From assembly GCF_052425735.1 (NCBI RefSeq), contig NC_135770.1, positions 37,696,001 through 37,760,000 of the forward strand: a DNA stretch of 64,000 bases, read 5' to 3'. The notes under the pieces were generated by a model. The model worked only from the letters and a program-made list of their open reading frames with translations, was not told where the DNA came from and did not search any database. The position numbers and the translations under genes were made by a program. Origin of the DNA: Oculina patagonica. Lineage: Eukaryota. Of the stretch, positions 25,127 through 38,700 are shown piece by piece. Each line of letters opens with the position of its first letter. Position 1 is the stretch's first letter.

Positions 25127-25213
<87 letters not shown>
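24850..25213 (+). mobile_element. 3' end of a CR1/L2-type LINE with a (TTA)n tail
   Basis: Translates as WNDLPFYIKQSKSTAIFKKNLKTFLF*, typical of an ORF2 C-terminus; AT-rich UTR; (TTA)n at ~25127-25213. Confidence 0.6.
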
Positions 25214-25214
<1 letters not shown>

Positions 25215-25237
25215 GTGAGGTCAGTAACTATCATCTC

Positions 25238-26609
25238 TTATTTGCGCCACCAACTGCGCCAAAAACCGTGTCTCATGCATCTAGGATATGCACCATATCC
25301 CGAACAACGGAAGCCAAAAACAAATGGCGTGAGGCAATAGGAACTAAACCAACATTTGTCACAACACTTGTCATGCTCCCAACAACCCTGATGATGACAG
25401 CAATCGCCTCCACAGAGCAAAAGCCAGCACGTACACCCCTTACCACACATGCCAAAACAGTCGTCATTATTAGGATCACCCAACAAACTACAGCTTCTGG
25501 GGCGCGGCCAAAGGAAGCGCTTCTTTCTTTCACCATGCTGGTCAGCGGCTTCGTCATCTAAGTCATGCACGGCTCTCGAGCTCAGCTCGGTTGGAATCTG
25601 AATGTCCGACGTCTTGAAGACGCTGTAGCAAAGAGCATGAAATGGCTTCAGAATATCCAACTGGGTAGAGTTGTCGCTCAGCGCTGCAGACACGAGTTCC
25701 AGAAGGTGAATTTCTGGAACGTAGTGCAGCTCGCCAACGACTTCTTGATAATGAAATTTCAGCAGCTCAAGTTCTTGAGGTGATTCTTCAGCGGTTTGTT
25801 TGGTCGCCAGAAATTCACGAAGCACCTGTGGTACTCTGGGAATGTTGTCTGGAACATATATCAGCGATGGCCCGTGCCTGCAAAGGTTTGATATAAAAAC
25901 ACTTCAGTGAAACCTACTGAGCGGCGAGTATTGCATTTCAGGATCATCTATGGCATGACATCTACCGTTCATCGAACTGTCATTAGCATCGAACATTTGG
26001 ATATATAGTGCAGGCTGGTTTTTAATCCTTTTTTGGCCAGTTTTGCCGTTTAGAGAAAGGAAGAATTTTATACGTGTTAGTTAAAACAAATACAGAATTG
26101 TATTGTATTTACAAATTTTCAACACACAAAGTTAACTTTTTAACTTCTTTTCAAAATCTTAGCCTCTGGTTTATTTTTAAAATATTCTTAAAATTTCGCA
26201 AATTTCAGCCTCGATATCCTTATAAAATAAATTCTTATAGAAAAAAGAGTGTATTCAGTATATTCAGTGTTAGATGCAGAAGATTTGTTAAAGTTTTTTT
26301 CGATGCAACTTACCCTATGAATCCTTGATCTACAACCTGGTAGTAGAACATGTTTGGACCAAGTTCAAAGTAAGTGACAATTGCTTCACCTGTCGTCTTC
26401 AGTAATTTCATGGCGCCTTTGCGAACGTCAAAGCAAATGCCAAAGGTTTGATTGTAGTTGTAGCATCCCTTGACTCGCTGCTCTGAGTAACTCTGAAAGC
26501 GAAGTCCTTGCGGAACCGTATTTTCTGAATCCGAACTAAACACAACTGAGCATAAGGTCGCTGCGACCAGAAGCATGGGGATCATCATCGCACCAGTTGA
26601 ATGCATCAT
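25238..26609 (-). CDS. Secreted Cys-rich pre-pro-peptide, copy 2 (type B); exons 26609-26314 and 25877-25238; 311 aa
   Basis: Signal peptide; GG|GTAAGT ... ttgcAG|G in frame; RKKR site; 15-Cys peptide ending MRHGFWRSWWRK. Confidence 0.9.
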
Positions 26610-26656
26610 CTTGAAAAGCTCTCCACCGACTGGGTTTCTTCCTTTGACGAGGTCCT

Positions 26657-26663
26657 TTTTATA
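26657..26663 (-). promoter_or_regulatory. TATA box of copy 2 (equivalents at 40831-40837 and 54362-54368)
   Basis: TATAAAA on the minus strand ~50 nt upstream of the ATG in all three type-B copies. Confidence 0.65.
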
Positions 26664-29600
26664 CTTATCACTCCGGGTTGAGCTTCCTCATTCTAACATA
26701 TGTGATCAGATTTAAAAGTCGTTTGTATTTCCTTCAGCGTGTAGAAAAACATCGTTAACTTGTTGATGAAGTAGTTAGTGACAATTTCGTTCCGTATTCG
26801 TGATTTCCTTGTCTGAAGCGGTGGCAAATGTCAAGTGAAACCCCAGTTCAAACATTTTTTAATTATTGTTGGCGTTTTTATTTCAATTTTTAGCAAATGA
26901 TTATTGATTGAAGTGTCTTTTGTTCCAAGCATAGGGTAACTTTGAACATCAAATATAAACGGTTAGTAAATAAAACAACGATTGAAATGTATTGATCTTT
27001 TCTCTTTCGATTTCTTAACTCAAGAGAGCATTATGTGATTTGTGTAATCTTGTAATCTATACTACAGAATTGAGTAAACATAAGATTACTGACTGGCAAA
27101 TGCCATGTTATGAATTGGATCGAAGTATTCGAGAGCAGGACTTAAGACTTTTGTGATTAAAAAAGCAGCTTGATATAAAACGTAGTGAGAACTTTAACGT
27201 GGGCCTATAAAAGCAAAAATATATGCCTGTTTGTCGAACTGCATGGAGCTGTATGACGAAACTCGATTTACAACACGTTGCTTCCTCATTCCATGACAGT
27301 TGATAGGGGGTCAATTAGCGCTATTACCTCGGATGAGGTGAAGCGATTTCTGACAACCGGCTTTTACAAACAGACAGTTTTATTGCTCCGTTTGAAGTTT
27401 CTTCAGCAGAGGGGAAATAATTGGAAGATTTAAAGCACGTACTAATCGCTACAAGGAAGTAACCCGCAGATGAGTAGTTATTCGATCCCATATTTCAAAT
27501 TTCCTTGTTACCCCCTTCCTGTTACACTATGCGGGGATATTCTTATTTCGGGGTTGAGGGGTGGTATCAGTTTTGGAACTTTACAGAAGGCAAATCAACT
27601 TTTATTTGACATTATTCACAAGATAAAATACATTTCATTAAAAGATAGTACAGAACAGTAGCCACAAAGAAGCTTCCGAGTAAAAGACCAAGGATACTTA
27701 ACAATTATTCACCGAAGTGGAGGCAAATAATTGTTTTAGTACTATACCACACAAGTTGAATAACTAGCGGACCAAAACATCACTTTCGGTAAACAAAGCG
27801 ACACGCGAAGGCAGTTCGTTTCTCTTTAGCTGCTTGGAGGTGAATAGTACTTTGCTAACTGACCTCCGAGTTAACCAATCAGCGAGCGCGCAAAGCACTA
27901 TTCACTTGTGTGGTATATACTTAAACTATTTATTTACAATTAGCAATTAGCAATATCAGTAGATATAACATGTAACCAGACAACTTCTTCAGCTCTTCAA
28001 CAAAAACAAAATAAACATGAAACATGAGAAAATATAAGCCATTATAAGCCAGTATTCATTTTGACATGTCACAGGATTACTCAAATGTAGAAGCCTCGAG
28101 TAAAAACTGACATGTCAGAGTGATCATAAAAACATTGGCATCCATTTCGCCTCAAAACAGAATACAGATATTTGCGCTCACACATCGTGTTCTGTTCCCC
28201 GAAGTTCACAGTTTTCCCTGAGCTGTGCGGAAAGCTTTTCGCTTCGTAGAACAAATAACATCCCGGCGCGGATAGACATGTTTTCGCGCCAAATTGAGAT
28301 TATTGTTTATGTTTCCCCCAGTAAGTTTCGGCTGCAGCAATTATTCAGAGCGTGCACTGATGTAAATCGCCAGTGGGTAAAATGTTCGATGCATTATAAG
28401 TCACGATATAAAGTGATTTTTTACAAATTGTGCAAAATTCCGTCGAATTTTACGGAAACCTTAGAAAGGAGCAGTTGGATCAGGGTTAAAAAGAATCGGG
28501 AAGATTGAGAAACCAAGCAATAAGCTTGCAAGAGAAACATGAGAAAATATAAGCCATTAAAAATGATCAATTTTATTCAGCCACTTATTATACAGCTGTG
28601 TGAGTCAAACCATTACTAGCGGAGCTCCCACGCGCCGAAGGCGCGTAGCGTAGCTCCATTGGTAACATGCGGGTACAAGGGAACAGACAGGGCAAATGGT
28701 ATCCTATCGAACCGAGAAATTTTGGTTGTCGCGTACGTCCGTACGTACGCACGGATTAGGCCTGGGAACGAGCTAGGCTCCGGTGGCAACCCGCGTCTTT
28801 TGGCGGGAAAAATCATTACTATCAAGGCCTTAGCAAAAAAGTTTTTTAAAAACGATTTCTACTCAGCTAAGCTTATATAGTAGGAAGTTTTAAACGCGAG
28901 GAAAAAAAAAATCATTCTTAGCTCTTGTTGACAATGTTAGAATTATCTCCTGAATTACATGAAGGGGAGACTAACTTGAGGAAGGCCGCTGTGTGAAAAG
29001 TCAGGAAACAATCTCACAGCATGCCGATTTACCAAGCGTACGCATGAGTTCACTACTAAGCATGAAGACTCCTCAATTGAAAAGCACACGAAGGACTCAG
29101 TTTTAAAGACAGTTTATTACAGATACATTTTTTTGGATATATTCCTCGTTTCACCCGCGATGACAACCATAGTTAGTAGAGGAGTAAACTATTGTGGCCG
29201 ATCGAAATGGAAATCTTCCAAGCTTCTTGGTGAGTTTGAAGCAAGGACGGTCAAAGACAACATTCCTTTACGAAAACAAGGTGAGCTATTGATGTTCATT
29301 TTTTTAACAGATTAGAAAAGTCTTTGGTATTTAGATTAACCAGCATTCAACCTAATACATCATTTTTAAACGAAGCTGGGTTCTAGCTCTCAGTGTTGTA
29401 CCGGTATGTCAAACAAGGATCGGACATAGATTAGTGAACTGATATTCGTTTTAATTGTCTTAAACACGAGTTGTATTCAAAGCATACCTTACTTCTGGTT
29501 TTTCCTATCCGCGTTAATTTGTTTATTCTGTAGTTAAATCACCGAAGTAGGAAGAACACACCACTTTAAAACGTTGGAAAGAGTACAGAACAAGTAGAGA

Positions 29601-29880
29601 ACAAAATTTACATGCAAATTTGTAAGAATGTGGTCGAGTCAGATGCAGTATAGGGGACATTGCTAGCTAGGGTAATTGCTAGCTGAGAGTCTTAGCGAAA
29701 TATAGTTTCTCCATGACCTCTGTTATTTTTCACTGAGAACTTTGCGTAGTTTTCCTTATTTTAATTTTTATCATATGAATGTTTTGAGTGAAAACGTTTT
29801 GTGAAAGTTTTGTATTTCTTATCTGATAACAGCCTTTCTCAGAATAAATTGATTAGGTTATTCATATTTTTTATAACTTA

Positions 29881-30290
29881 CCGTATTTAATCGATTAAAC
29901 GCCTCCCTCGAATAAGCGCTACATGTTAGAACAGAAATATTAATAAACGTCGCCCTCGAATAAACGCCGCATCATGATGATGCGGCATTCATTCGAATAA
30001 CAGACTCGGAAAGCAAATGCAGTAATAATCAAGCTTGAGCAGGCCAAAAAATATATTTTTCTTGATTGTAACAAGGTTTTAAGGTATTGAAATTGACTTT
30101 TCAGGCATGCAGTAAAACATATTTCTGTTTTTTTTTAATTAAAATGTTCAGTTACCATACTATTGTTTACAAAAAATAAATTGAATTTTAAATGAACGCT
30201 GCCTTGTATAAACGCTTTCCTCTAATAAACGCCGCACTCAAATCACGAAAAATTAAATAAACGCCGTGGCGTTTAATCGAATAAATATGG
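29881..30290. mobile_element. TA-flanked MITE (Tc1/mariner/pogo-type) nested in the Helentron
   Basis: TA|CCGTATTTAATCGATTAAACGCC ... GGCGTTTAATCGAATAAATATGG|TA. Confidence 0.75.
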
Positions 30291-32389
30291 TACATAAAAG
30301 AATATAGCACAGATTCTAAAATGTTATGTGAAAGATCATGAAATTTTCTTAAGTTATAACAACCAAACTGATCCTGAAGTTATAATGTAGGATAAGGGCT
30401 TGGAAAAAAATAAATTCCAGATTGCCCTGTGGTTAACAAGCAGCTCTCAAATTTCGCTTGCCTAGGACTGTGCATGATTGTGTTTCTTAGTAAACTTGTG
30501 ACTGTATAATTTACATGTAGACGACTTGCCTGGGCCTTTTAACCTATTACGCAAACAGGCATGAAAAATTAATTGCTTGACAGAAAAATCTACTTGCCCC
30601 AGACAATCAGAGGGTACTTTTTTTAGCCCTGTGGCTATGAGCATTGCTTTCTTGAAGGTTGCACATGACTCGTACAATTCTTTAAGCCTTTCAAAGTTTT
30701 CCAACTTAAAGCAGTGACTAAATCAAATATTTTTGCCAATTTTTTTTCTACAAGAGAAGTAGGATTAGTTTTTGATCGTGAAAAAAATATGTTCAAAATG
30801 GGCCTGTCTGCGATGACTCGAGGATATAATTAAAAGTAAATAATACATGTACAACAAGTTTTTTGAGGTCAATTCAGTGAGAAGTATTTATGGAGGGTGA
30901 AAGATGCAGTTTGAAGTTATCATTTATTTTGGTAAATCTGTTGTCTTTCTAAAACTTGCTATGTTAGGATTTCCATACTTTTTGCCAGGATGCAAGTTAA
31001 GAATTTTACAGGTTTTTGATATGTATAAATTTTGTTTTCAGTGCAGGGAAAACAGTCAAGGGGTGCAGTTAGTGAAATTGGTGATGCAGGTAATCATTAC
31101 ATAAGTGTCAGCTTATACCTTTCTTTATCTAGATATTAAAGAAGCTCCATGACACATTAGTGCATGAAACTTGTTTTTCAAGTGTAAAACTTTTGGGTGT
31201 GAAAAATGGTATGCGTTTTAACCCCTTGGTAAGTTTACATTGTATATTTCCCTAAAATCCTCGTTCAATTGAGGAATTTAATATACACAATTTATATGTA
31301 ACAGCACATGTACATAAAATGTTTTTATTGTTCAAGAAAAATGTTTTCGTTGTTCATACAATGCACCCCTCCCCCACCGTGGAGGAGGGGTATGAGGGCA
31401 AAGACCCAACAAGATCTGCTACCTGACCTGACAAAATACCGGAATACTTGTAATGATTTTGTGGGAGAAGTGCAGATTGACCTGTTGTGTTTGAATTCCT
31501 TTTGTTAATACCTTAAACCTTAATAGCTAATAAGCTCAAGCCCTAACTTAACATAAATTGTCTTGTTGTGGTACCAGGCAAATGTAGAAATAGAACTTAA
31601 ACTCAGCTGAAATTTTACGTAAACACAAAGACTTAGTAAAATTTTAGAGCTGCTTAGGCCAGAAAAGCCAGCTGGGCTTGTTAATAAGCCGGCTTAGTGT
31701 TTTCTTAGCTACATCCCTGATAAAAGTTTTAGGGAGAATATGTAAGCTTTCCTGGACTTAATCACAGTACTTTCAACAGCACCTGTCAGAGATAAATATA
31801 AGAGTCTCAAAAGACACATCATTTTGTAGGGAACTCTTGAATTAAGCCGGTGTTTCACACCCCAAAACATTCATCAAAGCCTCGCCATGTGCCGGGTCTT
31901 ATTGATAGCACTATTAGTGTCTTCAGTAGGTAAAAAAAGGTTTTGCTGACACACTCACTCTGAAAGGACTTTTTGGTTCTAAACATATCCCCCAACACAT
32001 TCCCTGGCCCATGCAAAAATTGGAAAAATAACTCTCTTTTTTATGTATCTGTATAATGTTCTGAATAAATTAAATTAAAATTATAAATATTCATTTGATG
32101 TCAATGATCATCAACAAAATGGTATCTGTTATTTTCCCTTTTTCAGGGTTAACACGAGTAGCAGAATTTCCACAGAGAGTTGCAGACACAGAGAGAGATA
32201 AATGAACAATCAGAATATATTATTTCATGTACAACTAATACTTTTGTACTCTGTGTGAAATACAATTTATGTGGTCAGGTGTAATTTTAAAGTTAATGAA
32301 ATAGAGCCAGATAAGGTTCAACCATGTACGTATTTCTTAAGGGATCTCTGACAACACAATATAAAAATCATCCGGCTACCCAAACATTT

Positions 32390-32699
32390 GTGGGAGGTGT
32401 GGTGACCTAATGGTTATTGTGCTGGACTCCGGATCGGGCGGTCCGGGTTCGAGACTTGGCCTGGGCACTACGTTGCGTTCTTAGGCAAGACACTTTACTC
32501 TCATAGTTCTTCTCTTCACCCAGGTGTATAAATGGGTACCGGCTTATTTACTGCTGGGGGAGGGGGGGGGGGGTTAACCCTGCGATGGACTAGCATCCCA
32601 TCCAGGGGGAGTAGAAATACTCCTAGCCGCTTAATAATGCTTCAGAAACCGGGTTACGCTCCAGCCTGATGAGCCACTTGGCTCAACAGCAGGCTTTAC
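32390..32699 (+). mobile_element. Full-length tRNA-derived SINE with a 14-bp TSD
   Basis: Pol III A/B boxes (TGACCTAATGG, GGTTCGAGAC); TSD ctacccaaacattt at 32376-32389 and 32700-32713. Confidence 0.85.
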
Positions 32700-34048
32700 C
32701 TACCCAAACATTTAATTCCCAGTGCCCACACTGTGAAGAACAGTAATCATGATAATGAGATACACAGTTCATCAATCTCTAAATTAATATCACATGTTGC
32801 AATACAATAATAACTGATGAAATATATGTTGTTCATAGGCAAATTTTTTTACTTCACCAAAACCAAACTCAGTCATTAAATAATAAAACATTAAACACAG
32901 CTGTTTTGTTTTGTGGGTGTGTCTCACAGATCAGTTATTTGTTGTTAAGCCTTCTGTTTCAGTAGAACTAATTTTATAGCCATATTTTTTGCTCATGCTT
33001 GCATGGTTTAATATACAAGCAAATGCATGGTAAAATTTTTGCCAAACAATCTATACAGACTATACCTGAGTTTAGGACTAACAAACAGTATGTCTGCCTC
33101 TCCAGAATTTTTCTTAGTTTACATGCAATTAAGTAAAGTGAAGCCCCTCAAGGACAAAGGGACTCATATGAAGGGAAAATGGTGTTATCATTTTGGGGGA
33201 ACCTATTTGGCAGAATGATAAATGCCACTATTTTGCTTGCGGCTGGCTTTTACTCCGGTTTGCTAGCAGACAGCTGTTATTTATAGTATCGGGAAATAAT
33301 ACTGTCACTGTTCCAATAGGGCCCCCGTTTGAGGGGGGGGGGGGTTGGGACAAGCTACATGCAAAACTTTCCAGTTGTATGCTATGTACAGCTATAACAT
33401 ACCAGTTATGGTGGGTGTATGGATATTTTCTAGAGCAACGCTTTCTTTGTTCTAGTTTCTCTTTGAGAGTTTATATATCTTTGGGAGGTTATGCACAAAC
33501 TGCTAGATGATCATCCTCTTTTGATTGATCAACTATTTTTACTTTTATTTGGTGCTGTTGTTTATGGTGAAAAACAATACATATTATATATAAAGAAAAT
33601 AACACGAATAAAAAATCATTCTAAAAAAGATGTAAAGGGCATATAACCGGGGAGCTCCGCTTTTAGGCTTGCCTAAATCTATATATTACATGTTTATAAC
33701 AAGTACAGAGGAATCCGATTTTTCGAACCTCCCAGGGAAACCCGGAAATGGAAACAAGACTTAGTTCGAGAAATACAGGGAACACGAAAAAACAATGGCA
33801 ACATTGCAGTGTTTGAATGGTAAACAACTTTTGGTTCGAGTTATAGGGAAGTTCTGCGAGAGCTCGAGAAATCGGGATTCCGTTGCAGTCTTTAATTTTA
33901 TGTTAAACAAAGAAAAGTGCATAGTACTTTAAAGCAACTGCCTCACGAATAGCGCGCCCTGAAACAGCAATCTACAGTCCTGCCTTATTAATCCAATTTT
34001 AATCTTCTACAATGCCAACTATCCTTGTAACGTCGTTTTGGTGTTTAA

Positions 34049-34452
34049 GGTGGCTCGATCGGATTTTTGAGTGACGATACCTTTCAACTTTGAGCAACTT
34101 GTATGCCACCGTAAACAATCCGACTGAAAATCGATCAGTACAGCTGTACTAAAGAAAGATGAAAGTTTCGAATAAGATAAGTTTCGTCGAAATCGGAGTA
34201 ACCATAGCAACATAATAACGCCACCACCCAATTTACTCGAGACCGATTTTCTTGTAATAAAGGGATTATTTTGAGAAAGGGCTTCTAGATCTTGGACTTG
34301 ACATAGTTTTCTCAACGAAACTTATCCCTCGCGAAACTTTCATCTTTTTTTAGTACAGCTGTATTGATCGATTTTCAGTCGTATTGTTCACGCTGGCATA
34401 CAAGTTGCTCAAAGGTGAAAGGTATCGCACTCAAAAATCCGATCGAGCCACC
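34049..34452. mobile_element. TTAA-flanked MITE with ~130-bp TIRs (GG..CC termini, Kolobok-like)
   Basis: TTAA|GGTGGCTCGATCGGATTTTTGAGTG ... CACTCAAAAATCCGATCGAGCCACC|TTAA; absent from the paralogous sites at ~23860 and ~51588. Confidence 0.8.
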
Positions 34453-35185
34453 TTAACTGTCCTACTGAGATATTTGAAGGTTTTCTTCGATTTCAAGCGT
34501 GTCCATGTTATAATACAATGCCATGCCATCCTTTTAGCCTTAGTAACGAAGTAAAACTGGGGTCTGCCCTTCTTGAGAAGAGATTATACAAATAAGATAT
34601 TATTGTTGGCTAGCACTAGTAAAGGTCTGACATCCTAGTCTAAACAAACAGGTTTATTCTTATATATCAAAACTTTTCCCTGTGGACGTATTATTCAAAT
34701 CACCCTGATGATGACTTAGTCTAAGTTGTAAATGTTTCACTTTGTTTTTTTTTCTTTTTAAAGGTTTTAAACAAAATATTTAGCCTTGTAAATAGTTATT
34801 TTTACTAGTAAAGGGCTTAAACACCATATATATGTAATAACAGAGACCTTTAGATTCGTAGTACCAGTACGAGATTCGCCAACTTACTATTAGTAAAGGA
34901 TTAGGTACGTGCATGCAAACCAGTGTCATTTTGGCGGGAAAATGACAGCCGTTGTCATAGTACTTAGCAAAAACAAAGCAATAAGAAAAACCAATTCTCG
35001 AAAGGTAAGTAAGCTCATATTCTCAATTACGAAATGGCAGACTAAACTATCCTCAGGAAACTCAACCAGTCATTTAATATTCATAAAAGGTAAAGTAAAG
35101 CTTTCTGGCCGGAATTTTTTTTTTTTTTTAGTACTTCGCAAAAAAAAAAAACGTGCGATAAATCTCGTACTGACTTAGTCGTACT

Positions 35186-35413
35186 TAGACTGCAAAACAG
35201 TCGTTTTTTCTCTAAAGTTGTTGGAAAAAGCGCTTATGGAAAAAGTGCTTATCGAAGGCGCAAAGCGCCAAACGTTGAGGCACGAAGCGCCGATCGTCTT
35301 GCGAGCCTCGCACGCCCGCAGTCTCACCCATAGTTTTGACATTGGCTCCAGACCTCTCGCTTTCGTTTCAAGACCGAGCGCGTTCGCAAAAGATACGACT
35401 GTTTTGCAGTCTA
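35186..35413. mobile_element. MITE with TAG..CTA termini and a 9-bp TSD (Academ-like non-autonomous)
   Basis: agtcgtact|TAGACTGCAAAACAGTCG ... CGACTGTTTTGCAGTCTA|agtcgtact; empty site at ~52249. Confidence 0.8.
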
Positions 35414-35784
35414 AGTCGTACTACAATTCGGGATCTAAAAGTCTATAACAATACGGCGTACGAAAATTAACCTGTAAATCTTATTTCAGAGAGGACGATT
35501 AAAAAATTAAGACACGAAACTTTTGCTCCGGTTTTCAAATTACAACTTACTTTAAACAAATATCAGTAGTCTTAAATTAGTTAAATGTGGATTTAATTAC
35601 TAAAGCAAGCGATGAGCAAAAATTTCAAGGCTCTACTATATCCCAAAGTATGTTTCGCTAATTGTGTAACGCTCTGAAGTTTTTTTTCGTCAGAGAGTTT
35701 TTACGCCACGAAACTTTGGAACGATCTACCTTTTTATATCAAACGGTCTAAAAGCACAGCGATTTTTATAGTGACTATCATCTC

Positions 35785-38700
35785 TTATTTGCGCCACCAA
35801 CTGCGCCAAAAACCGTGTCTCATGCATCTAGGATATGCACCATATCCCGAACAACGGAAGCCAAAAACAAATGGCACGAGGCAATAGGAACTAAACCAAC
35901 ATTTGTCACAACACTTGTCGTGTTCCCAACAACCCTGATGATGACAGCAGTCGTCACAGACCCAAGACCAACACCAACACCCACTACCACACATGCCAAA
36001 ACAGTCGTCATTATTAGGATCACGCTCCAAACTACAGTGGCTTCTCTGGCGCGGCCAAAGCCAGCGCTTCTTTCTTTCACCATGCTGGTCAGCGGTTTCA
36101 TCATCTAAGTCATGCACAGCTCTCAGCTCGGTTGGAGTCTGAATGTCCGACGTCTTGAGAAGATTGAAGCAAAGAGCATGAAATGGCTTCAGAATATCCA
36201 ACTGGGTAGAGTTGTCGCTCAGCGCTACGGACACGAGTTCCAGAAGTTGAATTTCTGGAACGTAGTGCAGCTCACCAACGACTTCTTGATAATGGGATTT
36301 TAGCAATTCAATCTCTTGAGGTGATTCTTCAGCGGTTTGCTTCGTCGCCAGAAATTTACGAAGCACCTGTGGCACTCTGGAAATGTTGTCAGGAACATAT
36401 ATCAGCGATGGACCATGCCTAAGGATAACATTGTTAAAAACACTTCAGTGAAACCTTCTGAGCGGTGAGTATTGCATGTCAGGATCATCTATGACAAACA
36501 TTAACAGGCTTTGCCGGTTGAATAGAGCCACATTCCATTTAATTGTATGCAATGTAACTGCATATATCTTACTGAAGCATATATATGTGTTGTGGCTTTA
36601 CCACTGATTTCACCTTCGTGAAAGATTTCAAATTCTCGATTTGGGTAAATGACATTGGGGATGACAACTGAAATAAACGCTGCCGGTTTTGTGAGAATAA
36701 GAAAGTTTTTCCGGGAATCTAAAGAAAACGTCAATGGTCAGGGATCAGCAGTTCGAAAACCTCTCTGCAAAACCTCAATAAAAAGACATCAAGATCAGTA
36801 TAGCAAAGAAATAGGGAACATAAAAGTTAAAACATTGGCAACCGATCGTTCAGACATTTTGGGACGACCCTCCCCCGTAAAGCCGGGTTTACACGAGCAA
36901 TTTTTATGTGACAGCTTTTATTTGCTTGTGTAGATGAAAAAAAAATGGCCAATTTTTATGTGACGAATATATTTGTTGACAAGCTGGCGAGTTAGCTTTT
37001 GTGTGACAAATAAAAGTTGTCACATACGAAAATTGCTCGTGAAGACGACTCGTCACATAAAATGTAGCAAATATTGGTCCCCAATGTAATCCCCAATCTC
37101 CCAAACTCCCGCTGGGCACTGTGCACATGTTTCTCTGTGTGTATCTCTACTGTCTAAGGTCATTACTGGCGCACTAAACTTTGGATTGCTGACAAATAAT
37201 TGTTGTGTCACTCTCATCTACACGATCAAATAATTGTGTCACACAAAAATTGCCCGTGTAAACCCGGCTTAAATGACCTTGAAAAGCTATCTTTGATGAA
37301 AATTATAACCAAGCTACTGCGCGCGTTGTGACCTATTAGAGTACAGACGTACAGATGCGCGTGATCAAATCAGTGTTGTCGACAAAGCGAGAAACAATGC
37401 GCCAAGTCAAGACCTAACATGACTGCTACCAGAAACCCATTATGGGTTTCTGCTGCTACTCAACATTACAATAACACGCGAAAACTAATGAGTATAGCGG
37501 ATGTATATGGACTTCAGCAACTTATAACTAAACCCACGAGGATAACTCCGACCTCTTCAACTTTAATTGATGTGATCTACACCAATTTTCCTGATAAGAT
37601 TGTATGCACGGGAGTCTGTCATATCAGTATTAGCGACCATAGCCTAGTTTTTGCCTATAGAAAATTATCCATTAATGGAATATCTAGTAGACACAATACT
37701 ATAACTTATAGAAACTTTCGAAAATTCAATCGAAATCCCTGATTTTTCAAATGATGTTGCGTCACAAAATTGGGATCAGGTATATAACTCAATTAATCCG
37801 AATGAAATGTGGTCACAATGCAAGCACGCTCCATTGAGAACAATGCGTGTTCGCTCACGCAGTTTCCCATGGATCACCTCCGAACTAAAGAAACAAATGC
37901 GTCGTCGCGATTTCCTAAAAATTAAAGCAATGAAAACCAGTGATGCCAATGATTGGACGCAATTAAAAAAAACAACGCAATGCAGTAAATACTGAAATTA
38001 GATTAGCCATGCAAGCAAGTCTATTATCAAAATAGTTTTAACGAGTATGTTAGCGATCCTAATTAAGAAGACCTGGCAGACTATTAACGAATTAACTTCA
38101 CGAAAATCTGGGAAAACATCAGTTGCATCTCTGAAAGTGAACCGGGTGTCTGTTACTGACCCAACTGAGATATCGAACGAATTTAACAATTATTTTGCCA
38201 CCATCGGTCCAACTTGCCAGTAACTTTGATCCCTTAGAAAATGACAACTATCAGAAGTATCTCACCAGCACAGATAAACGGTTCCAGCTCCGTCCGACCA
38301 ATACGAATAAGGTCCTCTCACTTTTGAATAAACTAAACAAGTCAAAGGCAACTGGCCTTGACAAGATACCTGCTAGGCTCATCCGAGACTGCGCGGATCT
38401 CATCTGCATGCCTATTCGCGATATCTTTAACCAATCAATAAGTCTAGGTATATTTCCCGACGATTGGAAATGCGCGAGGGTTACCCCACTCTTTAAACAA
38501 GGCGATCGAAACGACCTTAACAACTATCGTCCAATTTCTGTGATCTCCATTGTGGCCAAGGTGTTTGAAAGAATTATTTATGACCAACTATATGCTTATT
38601 TAGAAGAACACGATATCATTTTTAAACACCAATCTGGTTTTCGTGCCATTCACTCAACTGTAACAGCTCTCCTCGAGGCCACAAACACTTGGGCATATAA

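Larger units (their letters stand above)
28617..33686 (+). mobile_element. Non-autonomous Helentron/Helitron2-type element (~5.07 kb)
   Basis: 5' AGCGGAGCTCCC and its reverse complement GGGAGCTCCGCT near the 3' end, then hairpin TTTAGGC-TT-GCCTAAA and CTATATAT; flanks rejoin to the empty site cattactacatgttt seen at ~23472 and ~43664; no Rep/helicase ORF. Confidence 0.8.

Noticed and set aside
25094-25561. ORF with a poly-Leu 'signal peptide'
   Set aside because: The poly-Leu is the (TTA)n microsatellite; the remainder is antisense to copy 2 exon 2.
36705-36720. STAT/GAS-like TTCCGGGAA in the copy 3 intron (similar motifs near 53760-53797)
   Set aside because: Short motif expected by chance, with no independent support.
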